Part shown: positions 26,828 to 39,696 of the stretch, in pieces
How positions within the stretch are numbered: the first letter of the stretch is position 1
How the letters are laid out: the number at the start of each line of letters is the position of its first letter
NCBI GenBank assembly: GCA_958009085.1
Contig: OY253672.1
Span: forward strand, 744,001-808,000
Length of the DNA: 64,000 nucleotides
DNA from: Protoeuglena noctilucae
Lineage: Eukaryota
Reading direction: 5' to 3'
The notes under the pieces: generated by a model
Told to the model about the DNA's origin: nothing
What the model saw: only the letters and a program-made list of their open reading frames with translations
Database searches by the model: none
Program-made: the position numbers and the translations under genes

Positions 26828-27280
26828 TGGTGCCAGCCCGCACGTCCAACGGGGGGTCAATTTCACTCCGCGAAGGACCCTCCCAGCTTCCCCGACACGT
26901 GCAAGTGGTGCAGGGCCTGCCACTGCCCGCTGACAGTCGCTGACAGAGTGAGGGACCTTGCCAAGCAATCCAATCGCGACTGATCGCCCGGGGGTCGGAA
27001 TCGTGTGCGGCTGGCACGCCGTCACTGGCTTTGACAGCGCCAATTCCAAGCAAGAGGACTGCACCCTCTGCATCCAGCTGTTTGGCACCTCTCCGCCCCG
27101 CCCACTGCGAGGTAGCTGCGACAAGCCTCTCGCTTTCGCACACGCGTGTCCGTTCCCGTCATGTTTGGGGTCCTGGGAGCGTCCGTTCCCCCCGCGGGGC
27201 CTTCCACTTCCTCTCTAGCCCCGCGCGGTGTGGGCCACGCGTCGACGGCGGACAGGGAGAGGGACCCTTTGTCGCGCTCC

Positions 27281-28072
27281 ATGGGTTTCGTGCTGAGGGG
27301 TTTCCGGGGCCGGTGGAAGGCCGCGACGCTGTCCACGCCAGGGGTGCCCGTCTACGTGGACGTCGAGGCAAAGAAGCCGATGTCTGCCGCCGGAGGGGGG
27401 ATCTCAAAGGTGCCAACTTGGCCGCGCATCTTCGGTCCCCTTCCCACGCCTTTTTCCAAATCGCAAGCGAGTCCCAGTGACTCATCGACTGACCATGTTC
27501 GTATGTTCGATCAAGTTACCCGTCCAGAGCCATGGCGGACCTCTCGCGGGCGCAGGAGGACCTGGGACGAGCGACGTGGACATTCCTGCACACGTTGGCC
27601 GCGCAGTATCCCGAACGGCCGACCGGCAGACAGCAAAAGGTGCCTGATGTACAAAGCGCGTCGTGGGCGGGGCGTCGTCGCTCACAGGGCTCTGCACGCT
27701 CGCTCCTGACCCTTTTCTTGGGCGCAGGACGCACGCGAGCTCGTGTACATCCTCACTCGGCTCTATCCGTGCGCGGATTGCGCCAAGCATTGGGAACAGC
27801 TGGTTCGAGACTTCCCGCCGCGCGTCTCCTCGGGCCCGGAGTTTCGGCAATGGATGTGCGAGGCGCACAACATCGTTAACCGGAGCATAGGTGCAGCAGC
27901 CAGGCCTCGCCCCTACAGGGGCGGCCTCGGGCCAGAGCGGGATCCGAATTCCACGCAAGCGCGCCGCGCCCTCTCTGCAGGAAAGCCTGCCTTCAACTGC
28001 GACTTCGTCGAGTCACGGTGGGGCGCTGTCGAGTGTCAGGAGTCCCTCTGTGATCTACGCGGCAGGCACTGA
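27281..28072 (+). CDS. ERV1: FAD-linked sulfhydryl oxidase Erv1/ALR
   Basis: EDLGRATWTFLHT, YPCADC, WMCEAHNIVNRSI|GKPAFNC, plant-type C-terminal CQESLC; start uncertain. Confidence 0.9.
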
Positions 28073-28124
28073 GGCGGACACGCCGCTGTATATTGCGGAC
28101 CATTCCTACGCACGTGCGCCTGGT

Positions 28125-31115
28125 TTACGGATGCTCGGCCTCTTCCTCCGCATCCCCATCGCCGGCGTGGTCGCCCTCGTCAGATGACATGCTCACCGTC
28201 GCCAGGGACTCTGCGGCCAGAGGTCCCAGAGTGACTCTGCGGGCCCTTTTGGAATGTGCAGCGCGTTGTTTCGGCTGCATGCGTGCTGCACAACCGACAC
28301 GTGTGACTCACCCAGCGGCGCCTTGTGCACGCGGATCTGGTGGTTCCAGCCCAGTTTCTCCGTAATGCCCGAGTACCAGTCTTGCTCCAGCGCTGCCGGC
28401 GTCACCCTGCGTGCAGGGGTGGAGGCCGCGTGGCGTTTTTCATCGCATGCAAAGCCTGCTTACGGGCGAAAGCCAGGCAATAGCGCCCGCCACACGGTCC
28501 GCTGCATCCTTTGGCCAAGTGCTGGCACAGATGCTTTGAATAGCGTCAACCGTGCCCAGTGGCGTTGGGCCTCACATGGGAAGCGGGAAGGCGGCCGTGT
28601 AGCAGCGGATGTAGGAGCCCTGGGCCATCCTCACGCGCCGGCGACCGTCAAAGCTGGCGCGGGGCTTGGTCCGGATGTCGCACGGGGCCCGGATGTCTAC
28701 CACGGACGTGTCTGGCACCACGACGGGCCTGCGTGTGCCGCACGTGGGGTGGCGCAGCGCTCAGAGCCAGCCGGGGTGCGGGGTGCGGGTCGCGCTCTGC
28801 TTCGGCGCATGCAGCGGGTGGGCCGCCGCAGCAGGTGGGTCATCGTAGTACCACCCAGTCGCCTCACCGGAAGGACAGGGAGTGGGGTGCGACGGGTGTG
28901 ATGAGCATGCACGGCACGCTCGGCGACACGATCGGGCCGCCTGCGCTCATGGAGTACGCAGTGGAGCCCGAGGGCGAGCCAATGATGATGGAGTCGGCAC
29001 GGATGTTGGTGACGTGCATGCCGTCGACCCACAGCTCGACCTCAAGGGCGTGCATGGCCACGCCTCGGTCCACGACGCACTCGTTGAGCACGTGGCTGCG
29101 GGCGCGACGGCAGCGCGAGGCCGATCCGCAAAGGCACACACACACAGACTTGTCACGCAGCGCAGCGGCTGACGCACCGCGTGCCGGTCCTCAAAGCAGC
29201 GCAGCGCTCACTTGACCTCGACCACCTCGCCGCCCTGCCAGACCTCACAGACGAGGCGGGTGCGCAGGGTGCATGGCACGGAGCACGCCACCACGCGGTC
29301 CCCCGGGTGGTGCATGTGGTCCAGAATCTCCTCGCTGTTCACGTGCGTCCCCAGCCCCGCGCTGTCCCCCTTATCCCGCCCCGACGGCTGGCCCGGACCG
29401 CCCGCCCGCCCGGCCTCGTCGCTCGTTAGGGGCCGCTCCGCGGGTGACTCCCTTGGCCGCTCAAGCACCGCGGCAGGCATGCCGGCCTTGCCACTTCCGT
29501 TGCTCCCGCCGCCCCCAGCGCCCACCTGCGCCACGAAGGCCTTGATTCGCTGCACCCGGGCGGCGTCCGTGCTGCCGAGGGCGTCGCCGTCCTCACTCGA
29601 GTCGGGGTCCACGAGGCACGTGTCGTCTATCGGGGCTCTGCGTGGGGCGACGAGACCAGGGCGAGTGCTGACATGCAGTCACGCGACTCTGCCACGCTGC
29701 CACCTGTCCGGGGGGGGGCCCTGGACCAGGGATGGTGACGCTGGGCAGTGCCGGTAGGGTCGAGCAACGCCTATGCCAAAGCCACATCTGCCTATGACAG
29801 CTCGGCCATCTCGTGTCACCTCAGGGCGTTGCCGGCCTCGGCATCCTGGATGACGTTGCCTGGCTTGGACAGCCGCGACGCTCCCTGCGCCTGCAGGATC
29901 CTTCCCAGTGCATCGCGGAAGTGCTTGACATCATACGGCGTCAGGAAACCCAGCGTGCCCATCGAGAAGCTGCGGTGAACACAAGAGAGGTTTAATGACG
30001 CTGCACATCTCTGGTCTGCTTCACCCTGCTGTTTGTTGCCTGGGGTGGATGCGGGCAGGCCTGGATCGTCACCGCCCAGGGACCCGCACCTTACAACAGG
30101 CGGCATCGGGGCGTCTTGGGGAAACAGCGAACCCATGAAGAGGACGGTGCCGTCGCCTCCCAGGGTGATGCAGAGGTCGACCTCCGCTATGCGCGACCCC
30201 AACGGGGCCACGACGCCCCGCATCTCCGCCGATATTTCCTTCGCGTACACCTGCAGAAGAGAGCACGATGCGTCTAGGATCGGGCGGGGGCCGCAGACGG
30301 CGCGCGTCGTCGGCGGATGCGCAAGACGGCCCCACCTCGTCTTCCACCAGAGTCTGGAGGCCCCTCTGGTGCAGCCAGGAGGCAATCTCCTCTAGATACC
30401 TCGTAGCCAAATCATTCTTAGGTTTCTTCACGATCATGGCGATCTGGCGGGCACGGGGAGCGAGTCATCTGTCGGAAAGGGGTTGGCCGCGCTCGGCACG
30501 TTTGCAAGGCCCGCCGCGGCGCACACCTTCGGTGGCCTGTCGAAGCTGATTCTCGCCCGGCGATTGTTACGAAACGCGTCAAACTCGTGCCAGTAGACGG
30601 AGGCTCCTCGGACGATCTCCGCCGAGATATCCGGGTGGTCCTTCCACGCCTGCGGCAATCCAGGCTGTCGCGACATTCGCAGCTGCTGAATCAGCAAGCA
30701 GCGTGTAGTCACACGATCGCAGCGTTGGCATTGACGATGAATGGCGGTGTCGCAAGCCAGCGAGCGGGCCAAACACACTCGCCTCCACAGGACGGGCCCG
30801 CATGCGGGGACGGGGCCGATGCATCTCGTGGAAAGGCCTGCACGGCTGTATGTTGCGCATGTGGTTGCACGTGCCGCCCTTCACGGCGGGAGAGAGCTCC
30901 GGACGCCCCAGCGCCATGGCGCGCGAAAGCTGTCCACCCGGCCCCACGAGCCCCGCCATCGCGCGCGGCCTCTGGCAGGCGCAGCGCACGCCTCTCAGTC
31001 CGATAGACAGGCCACAGCCAGGCAAGATCGTCTCGCTCGCGGTCCGAGCGCGGGGGACCGGTCCGCGCGTGTGCAGGAGGGCTCGCCGCGCCAACCACAG
31101 CGAGCAGGATGACAT
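28125..31115 (-). CDS. NAD(H) kinase
   Basis: [59 protein letters not shown]; organelle-targeting-like N-terminus. Confidence 0.9.
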
Positions 31116-31368
31116 CGAGCGCTGTGAGCGGTTTGGAACACGTCAAAAGATCAACGACGCCCGGCTTGGGCGGATGACACCCCCAGACCGTTCAACACGC
31201 TCCGCCTGAGAAGATATAGACGCCCACGCGCGTTGTTGCCGCGCAAGGTGTCTCTCGCGCATATGAGCAGCGGGGCTAGGGTCAGGATCACCGAAACTCT
31301 GCCCCTCCGGGCAACTTACACCCACGTCACGACACGCCAGTGCTGTGCGCCTGTCCCCCCGTCCGTGC

Positions 31369-34055
31369 TCACCACGAGCCGACCCCGTCGCTGTCGCCCT
31401 GGCGCGCTGCGTTGCTCTCGAGGTAGGCCCGCATCTTCTTCACCTGCTCCAGCACGCTCCGCGAAGACGTGCCGCCCTCCGCGTCCCTCGACTGCAGGGG
31501 TACAGACACCGCATGCATCACTAGAGCAATCGTCATGTCGTGTAATGTAAGCTGAACCTCACCGAGTGGCTGAGAGCCTCACCTCGGCCGACATCTGGAA
31601 GTCGAAGACCTTGGTCACGTCATCACCAAAACGCTCGTCCACCGTCTTGAGGTCCGCTGCGGTCAGCTGCGACAGGCTGCAGCCCTTGTCCTCCGCCAGC
31701 TTGACGCAGGCCCTGCATTTCATGGTTGGGTCGTCCCCGTTTAAGCAGGGTGACCACAGCACGTTTGCGACCCCCCGAAGGGTTCGCCAAAGGGCGCAGA
31801 GCAAGCCGGGTCGCGCCGCCAGCGGCCTTGCCCGGAGATGTGGTGCGTCTCGCGAAAGGGCACCCCCTTGCGGACCAGGTACTCGGCGAGGTCCGTGGCC
31901 AGCATGTCTCCCGACAGCGCGGCACGCATCCTGTCCGGCTTGATCTTGAGCGTGGACAGCACCCCTGCGGGAGAGGCACGACTGTCGGCACTGTGCGATG
32001 CAGCATCGCCCACTGCCGCCATCGCAGTGCCTCCAGCGAACCCGCACCCGTGGAGATGCGGAGGACGTCATGGGTCGTGTCGATCGAGTCGAACAGCAGG
32101 TCCCAGCACTCCTGGAGGTCCTTGTTGTACGTCGTGGGCGTGTTCTTGACCACGGACAGGATGCCCGCCAGGTTGCCCTGCATGCGCCCCGCCTTGCCCC
32201 GCACGAGCTCCAATGCGTCGGGGTTCTTCTTTTGAGGCATCAGCGAAGAGCCCGTCGCGTACGCGTCGCTGCACTGGACCATCGAAAAGGGGCCGGACGA
32301 GTAGATGATGAGGTCCTCCGCCCAGCGAGAGAGGTGCGTCAGAGTCAGGGCGCACCTGCGGGCGAGGAGGCCAGCAGCGCACGCCCTCGCAACGTGATCC
32401 TCCGCAACGAACGCAGATGCGTACGTGCCACGAGCAGCAGCTGCAGTTGGCGTCCCAGGCCGGGAGCACCGCGTGCTGAGTAGTCAGAAACAGCTAGCAG
32501 CACTGCGCACTACTTGCCAGAACACCGTCTCGATCGCGTAGTCCCGGTCCGACACGGCGTCCATCGAGTTGGGGCACACGCCGCCCTCGAATCCGAGCTC
32601 ATCGGCGAGGAACTGGCGGTCGACCTTGAAGGGGTTGCCTGCCAGGGCGCCTGACCCCAGCGGCAGGGTGAGGCACCTGCGGGGGCGACAGCGGTGCTGG
32701 CATGGAGGCGCGGAAAGCTCCGTGCTGCATCGACAGAGCGTATGTTCGTGACAGGCTCTGGGGTCCTCCGCATTCAGGCGTCGCACCTCGGGATGATTTG
32801 CGCCAAGCGCATGTCGTCGCGCTGCCACGACGCCGCGTGCGACATGAGCCAGTGAGACCACCGGACCGCCATGGCCGATTGCAGATGCGTGAACCCCGGC
32901 ATCAGCACGTCCACTTCCGCCTGCGGCAGGATCGCGAGCTGTCATGCCGCAAGCAGTGCCAGGCACCATTTGCATCGTCCACCCGGCGCTGCGAGCGCCG
33001 CCGCACCTCAGCTCGGTTGGTCGCCACAGCGATGAGCTCCTGCAGGGTCGCACGCAAGATCCGCAGCCGCCTGGCTAAGTACAGCCGCGTGTCCGTGGCC
33101 ACCTGCGAGCGAGCCACCAGGCGCCAATCCGTGACAGGGGTCGCTGAAGTTGTCATCCCCAGCCCGGCTGTCGCAGCCTCCACGTGCGTGCCCCATCGCC
33201 GGACCCGCACTGCCAGGACATGAGCGAGCCAGCACCGACAGCAGGCGCAAGTGCAGGTGGGTGTCAGGCAGTCTTTTTAATTGTCACCTGGTCATTGCGG
33301 GAGCGTCCCGTGTGGAGCTTGCCCCCGACGGGCCCCACGATCTCTGAAAGCCTCCGCTCGTTCGCCGTGTGGATGTCCTCGTCTCCCTGCTTGATCTGGA
33401 ACGTCCCGTCGGCCCACTCGCGGCCCACCTGGGTCAGACCGTCCACCAGAGTCTTCGACTCCACCTCCGTCAGAATGCCACTCTGCGGGGATCGAAGGCA
33501 GGAGACGCGCGTCATATGCTTCCGCGGCTGCGTCAGAGCCCCGCAACTGCGCTCGCCTCCAGCTGCACGCGCCTTGGCAAGGGCCTTGGCGTAGGCCTGC
33601 GAGCCCTGGATGTCCTCCTGCGCCATGCGCTTGTCCACGCTCAGCGACTCGTTAAACTTCTCCATTAGCGGGTCCGTCGCGCCCGTGAAGCGCCCGCCCC
33701 AGAGCTTCTTGGCCTCGGCGGCGTGCATTGTCACCGAGACACGCTGGGAACAGAGGATGGGAGGGGCAGATAAAGCTTCCACGTACCTTTTGGCGGTCCC
33801 TGGCACTCTATGGCATTAAATCTCTTGGATGGCCAAGCGCCATTACCATCGCCGCACGCGGCACCGCTCCCCGGGGTGGCCAAGTGGCGTGGCGGGTCCA
33901 GGCGCCCGGCGGTGAGCTCGGTCGCGATACCCGGACGCGCCACATGCGAGCGCGGTCGATGAAAGTGTAGGACTCACCCCGCGATGAGAGACCGGCGGGA
34001 AAGGGCGAGGGGCCGCGCCGGCTCGCGAGCACACCGCCACGCTCGATGCTGCCAT
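31369..34055 (-). CDS. argH: Argininosuccinate lyase (plastid-type), many exons
   Basis: [77 protein letters not shown]. Confidence 0.96.
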
Positions 34056-34452
34056 CGCAACCCGCAATAACCCCTGGTGTAAGCCCCAACGTTTATGTTT
34101 CAAGCTCCACAGAGCAATGCGCGCGTCGACGAGCGCGCTGGGCGATCCAGGAACCCGCACGCCCGCGCCAGTGCAGATGTGTACCAGAAACCATACTCTG
34201 CTGTGCCCTTCAGGCTCCCTCTCCGCGCTCGCCTGCACCGCTGTCGATCGGATCGGGCGTCACGGACATCGCGGGTATCGGGCGAGCCCGGGCAGTGTTC
34301 GCCACGGGGCACGTTTCCCGGCGCGCCCTCGATCCACTTGCCCAGGCCCAGCGGCAGTCCGTGCGCGCGAGTTCTGTCCCCGGAGCCAGAAACTTATCAT
34401 TTTGCATCGATCTGTGGCCCTATCCTGACCATATTGCGCACACGGACCAAGC

Positions 34453-36048
34453 ATGGCTGGCTTTACCTGCCTTGCTGCCGGTGCGCGCGAATTCGCCGGG
34501 TTTCCTGGGCGCGCGCGCCATGGTGCGCCTTCGTTAGTAGTCGGAGGTTGCGGGGGAGTCCATGCGCCCGGATACCGGCCCGGCCTCGTGGAGTCTGGCC
34601 ACCGCTTCCGGATCCGCGGCGTCCGTGGCTGCCGCTGCGTGGCGGCCGCCATTCGCGCGCGGTGGATGTTCGATGTGCGCTTCGGCTGCAAGACAGATGC
34701 CATCGGCCTCCTGCTCGAGTGGGTATCTTCGGTGGGCGCGGAGGCTGGCCTGACGGCACGTAACACCCACATTGGCAGCGGCCTGGTCGGGTCCCCAGGT
34801 GAGGTTGCGAAGCGACCGCGCAAGCAGCGCGTGCGCAGCAACATCTTATGCTTGCTCGGTTCTCAAAATGCGATTTTGGGCACGCACTCATGGTGACAGC
34901 ACCCTCAATGTGCCCTGCTGACACTCCAATGCAGAGTCGAGACTGGAAATGGAGGTAGAGTTTCCAAGCCTTCAGGAGCTTGAGGCCTTCTGGCAGCGCA
35001 TTCCGGGGGCGAAGCACCGGGCATGGAGCGAGAGGGCCAAAGAGGTAAGAGAGACCAGGGATGCTTGGTCAGCCCTGTGGTGGACTATGTGCATCTCCCA
35101 ACCAACCCAAGTTGGTTGTGTTGCCCTATTGACAATCCTACTTTGGACGCAGGTGATCGTGGACGCCAGCCCGCGATGGGAGGTGCTGGCGAGCGTGCCT
35201 GTCGGACCCGCCTTCCCGCAGCCACCCGTCCGGGGGGGCGCAGACGCACTTGGCTGCGTGTCGCAAACAGAGACCCCGCCGGGCGTCTCCTCCGACATGC
35301 GCGACGCGGTGCGGGACGTGGCAACCTCGGGGCCGCGCTTCCGCCCCGTCGCGACCCGGTCCGGTGCCAGCGGAGCGACGCTGCTGTACAACGGCCCAGA
35401 CGGCGCCCCAGAGTTCCTGGACCTCCAGTTCGGGTCTGACGAGCAGCTCTCCCTGGGGCCGAGTGAGGAGACGGAGAGCGGGCTGGCGCTCGTGCGCCGG
35501 GGCGACATCCCGCCCCGGTCACGCAGCCGGCAGGAGGGGACCCCACCCTTGGGGTCGCCCGGAGACGCGGGCGTCGGGGACAAGGCGGACGGGGGAGCGG
35601 AGCCGGAGCGGCGACGGCAGCAGGGGCGCGACGACAACGAGGCGACGACCGGCGAGCGGCGTGGGCTCCGGACTCCCGGGGGCGGCCCTGCGACGTTTTC
35701 GGAGATGCTCCGGGACGCTGGGGCGGACCTCGGCGCACCGAGCAACTTGGAGGTGAGGAGATGGTGTCTCTCTGGCGACGCGAGCGGGGCGGCTGCGGGC
35801 TGCCGGCCGTGAAGTGCGCCGGGAGTCCTAGGGTGCTGGGAGATGGCGAAGCGGTTACTGTGACTGCGCACTGCGCGCAGGAGGAGGTCCGGCGGGACCG
35901 CCGCGTGATCGAGCAGTCGCAGGGGGGCGTGGCAGAAGGGGGCCCAGTGGACTGGAAGGGCGACCCGATGGTGATTAACCCAGGGGACGTGCTGCCGTTC
36001 GTGAAGAAGCCTAAGGATCCGCGGCGCGACGGCAAAGGAAAGCGATGA
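34453..36048 (+). CDS. Hypothetical protein (transit-like N-terminus, small alpha/beta domain, C-terminal DWKGDPMVINPGD motif)
   Basis: Spliced ORF ARWMFDVRFGCKTDAIGLL..ESRLEMEVEFPSLQELEAFW..HRAWS..VDASPRWEV, a low-complexity linker and a compact C-terminal motif. Confidence 0.65.
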
Positions 36049-36126
36049 AAATCCAGGAGGCCCTATGGGGTGTCCAGTGGGAGTCGATTGACGCGGCAGG
36101 CGTGGGAAGCGCTAAGCCGGCGCAAG

Positions 36127-37912
36127 CTAGCTTGTATCATCGGCTTCTCCGCCGCCGCCGTTGAACACACCCAACTTATCCAATGGCCCTCGAGGCGGCT
36201 GGCTCGCATCGGCGGGGGCGTAGACGTCCCACAGCGCAACCGCGTTGTCCCTGCGTATGCACAAGGCACGCCACTCGCTGCCCCGACACACCATGGATGT
36301 CCTCGCGCGTTTGCGATGTCGCAGCGTCCGAGCGGCTCACCTGCCGCTGGACGCCAGCAGACGGCTATCTGCTGTGTACGCCAGGCCCGTGGCCTGCTGC
36401 GAATGGTACGCAAGGACCGCCAGAGGCTTGAGGGTCTTGGCGCTGAAAACTCGAAGCCGGCCGTCCCACCCGGCGCATACGACCAGCCTGCGGGAGCCGA
36501 GAATGGGTGCGCTCCACGGGATGCGGTGGGCAACCGCACAGTGCAGCACGGGCGTGGGCGGCGCAGGCCCGCACCGGCCATCCGGGCGGATCGTGACGTC
36601 GTTGAGCCCCGCGCGTGGCAGGATCTCCGTGCGCTTGACGACGACGGACGCCCCCTGTGCGCCCGCCGGTTGCCCTGAGGGCCCTCTTCCTCCCAGGGAG
36701 ACCCTGCTGAACACCACACGGTCGTCGGCACTCCCCGTCACGAGCAAATGCGACGCGTCCGCGCCACCGTGCGACAGCGCCACGGCGAGCAGAGGCTCCG
36801 TGTGCACCTGCGGGACACGATACTTGGAACGCGGGGTCGCGGGGAGTCACGCTGCGTACTTGGTGTGCAGGTCTGTGCAAGTGGTGGGTGCATGAAATTG
36901 TAGCTTTGCTGGTTAACGTTGATGATTGAACCGAAAATCCTTGTGACATTGACATGTGACATTGACATTGACTCGCCCGGGCGTCGAGGCAAACGTGGCT
37001 TGTCACGCACCTTGACGGTGGCGAGCTGCGCCCACACAGGCGCTGAGGCGCGGCCGAGTTGGAGGTACCACAGGACCACTGCGCCCGACTCGAAACCCCC
37101 TGCCAAGAGGGCATCTCCGGTGGCACCTGCGCCTGTGGTGCTGGCGTCACCGGCATCCGGGGCGCGCGTCGGCACGAGGGCCAGGCTGGACACCATGCCG
37201 TGCTTCTCCTTCCCCTCGGCAACGCGCAAAGAGCAGACGGGCTCGCAGCCGGGAATGGACAGCACCTGCACCGCCTCCCCCTCTTCCGCCGGGGCAACCG
37301 CAAACCACCCTGCCTGAGGCAGGCCCGCCGCACTGCAGGTGCGAGGCGGCGAGTCCAGATTCCGGGAGAAGCTTGCGAGACGCAAACATGGCCTCCATAC
37401 AACATGCTTCACTCGCCTGAAGCGGCAGAAGGTGTACGTCTGGGCCGCCCATGTCGCTGTGGCCGCGTCGCTTGGGGGCTGCAGCCTCCACTCGCCGGCC
37501 GTCCAGGTGCTGGACAGCGTCCAGACCTTCATTTCACCGTCCCGTCCTTGTGTCACGAGGTGAAAGGCGACGCTGAGCTGGCCCGCGGAGGCATCGGGCT
37601 TGGTTGCGGCATCCGCAAGTGGCAAGCAGCGCAGGCACAGCACTCCGGCGTGCGCCTGGTAGCAATGGTGCGCCCAGACTCGCCGCGTAGAGATGAGGTT
37701 CCACGCGGAAACCTGGGAGAGGAGCGAGCGCGCGCGATCGCGGAGGAGCCACGGACCGTGCAGGATGGTGTTGCTGCCGTTGGTCCCCGCCGCACCTCTC
37801 CGTCCGCGTCGCCGGTGAGGAGGTGCGTTGAATCGGGTGCAAAGTCGAGAGTCTGCACGTCCTTGCGATGGCCGCGGAGCACCGTGACGGGCCCTGGCGC
37901 ACGCTCGGTCAT
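36127..37912 (-). CDS. WD40 protein of ASA1/GNB1L/DSE1 type
   Basis: PVTVLRGH..LLTGDADGE, TQGRDGEMKVW, IRPDGR..AGWDGRLRVF..LAVLAYH..LLASSG|RDNAVALWDVY. Confidence 0.85.
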
Positions 37913-38590
37913 GAATCACGTCGACTCGCCAACGGTGATATCCTGGGATCGGCCAGGGCCAGGGCCAGGCACGCGATGGAAGCTGCGTTCAGGTCGCCGC
38001 TAGCGAACAGAGCCGGCAAGTCGTGGAGAGCAACGTCCACCCGCGTCAGGCCGACCTCCTCCTCGTCCCTCGCTGCGCAAGCCAGGGGCCTCGTCCATCA
38101 ACCTGCTGGCCTCACGCAGCGCCACAGGATGTGTGTCGAGGCACACCGGCTCCTCACCTAAAGGGGCCGGGTCCTCCTCGGGATCGAGGCAGAGGAAGGG
38201 GTAGATGCTGTTCCCGCTCCACTTGAGCTCTGGGAGCGCACGCCCGCCCATCAGCGCGTGGAGCGTGCCGCCCTTGAGCCTCGCCTCTTCCGACAGCTCG
38301 GCGCGCGCGCAGCCCTCGAGGGTGTCGTGCTTGCGCCTGGAGAACGCGCCGGCCACGCAGCCGAGCATGAACCGGCCGGGGCCCTGGTGGTACTCGCGAA
38401 TCAACGTCACCCGCGGTGGCTGCTGCTTAATGTGGACGGGGACGACGTACACCGCGGACCACTCGGCGTCCGGGTGACCGGCCACGTCGAATTCCACGCG
38501 CGTGGCAGCAGGGGCCGCAAACTCCACTGCACGGGACTCGATGGTCAGATACCTGCGGAAGACGACCTCGCTGGCAACGATGCGCGCCAT
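37909..38590 (-). CDS. NUDIX hydrolase, 2 exons
   Basis: Nudix-box-like AGAFSRRKHDTLEGCARAELSEEARL preceded by LIREY; intron ~38073-38157; second exon ends ..ASRRDS* at 37909. Confidence 0.8.
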
Positions 38591-38902
38591 CCTCCAGGAG
38601 ACGAGGAGCCGGAGAATGCTCAGGGCGCTGGCCGGCGAGCTGAGTTTGGCACGGCTGCGCTGCTGGCACGGCAGTTCCGCCGGCAAAGACGTGCCAGATA
38701 CTTGCTTTTAAGCGATGTTTCCCGGTGGGCTGCACTCTTCGTGCCACACGCTACAACATCATCCTGCCGCGCCCGCCATCGCCTTCGCGGCGCAGTGTGT
38801 GCTTCACAATCTTTGCTGAAGTGTGTGGAGCTTGTGCCGCCATCAGGAAGCGCAGGGGGACCTGATTAACCGGAGTGGAGTTTTAACTTGGCCTAGCCGA
38901 CC

Positions 38903-39678
38903 ATGGCGGCGCCACGAGTGGAGCTGAAGACGACCATGGGGACCTTCACGGTGCGGGCCGGTCTGCAGCGAGCAAAGGGGGCCCGCCCTGCTCCGATCCG
39001 CGATCCGCCGGCGTGGGACTGGCCGAACCTTGCATGTTGTAATAGCGAACGTGTCGTTTGAGCCGCAGGTGGAGTTGTACGTTCAGCACGCCCCCAAGAC
39101 GGTCAAGAACTTCGTGGAGCTGTCCGAGCGGGGATACTACGACGGGACGCCTTTCCACAGGATCATCAAGGACTTCATGATTCAAGGGGGCGATCCCACG
39201 GGGTCAGGCCGCGGGGGCACGTCTATATACGGGTGAGAGCGCCGTCTTGGGGCGAGCGTCGTTTGGGCTTGCGATTGGGGGGGACGTGAGGCCCGGTTGT
39301 GTCGTCTACTATCCGCAGGGGCAAGTTCGAGGACGAGATACACCCGGAGCTGAAGCACACGGGGGCGGGCATCCTTTCCATGGCGAACGCTGGGCCCAAC
39401 ACGAACGGTGGGCGCTGGCTCAGCGCTGCCCGCCATCTCCGGCCGGGTGGTCGCGGGCCTGAGTGTCGGCAACGTTACAACGTCCCTCGCTGTGCATCGC
39501 AGGCTCGCAGTTCTTCATTACGCTCGCGCCCACGCCCCATCTCGACGGTAAGCACACCATCTTTGGGCGGGTAGCCGCAGGCATGGGGACGGTGGAACGC
39601 ATCGGCAACGTGTCCACGGATGCGAGCGATCGGCCGGAGCAGGAGATTAAGATCGTGACGGCCACGGTGCTCCGATGA
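38903..39678 (+). CDS. Cyclophilin-type PPIase (PPIL1-like)
   Basis: [65 protein letters not shown]. Confidence 0.96.
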
Positions 39679-39696
39679 TGAAGAGAGTGCCGACCG

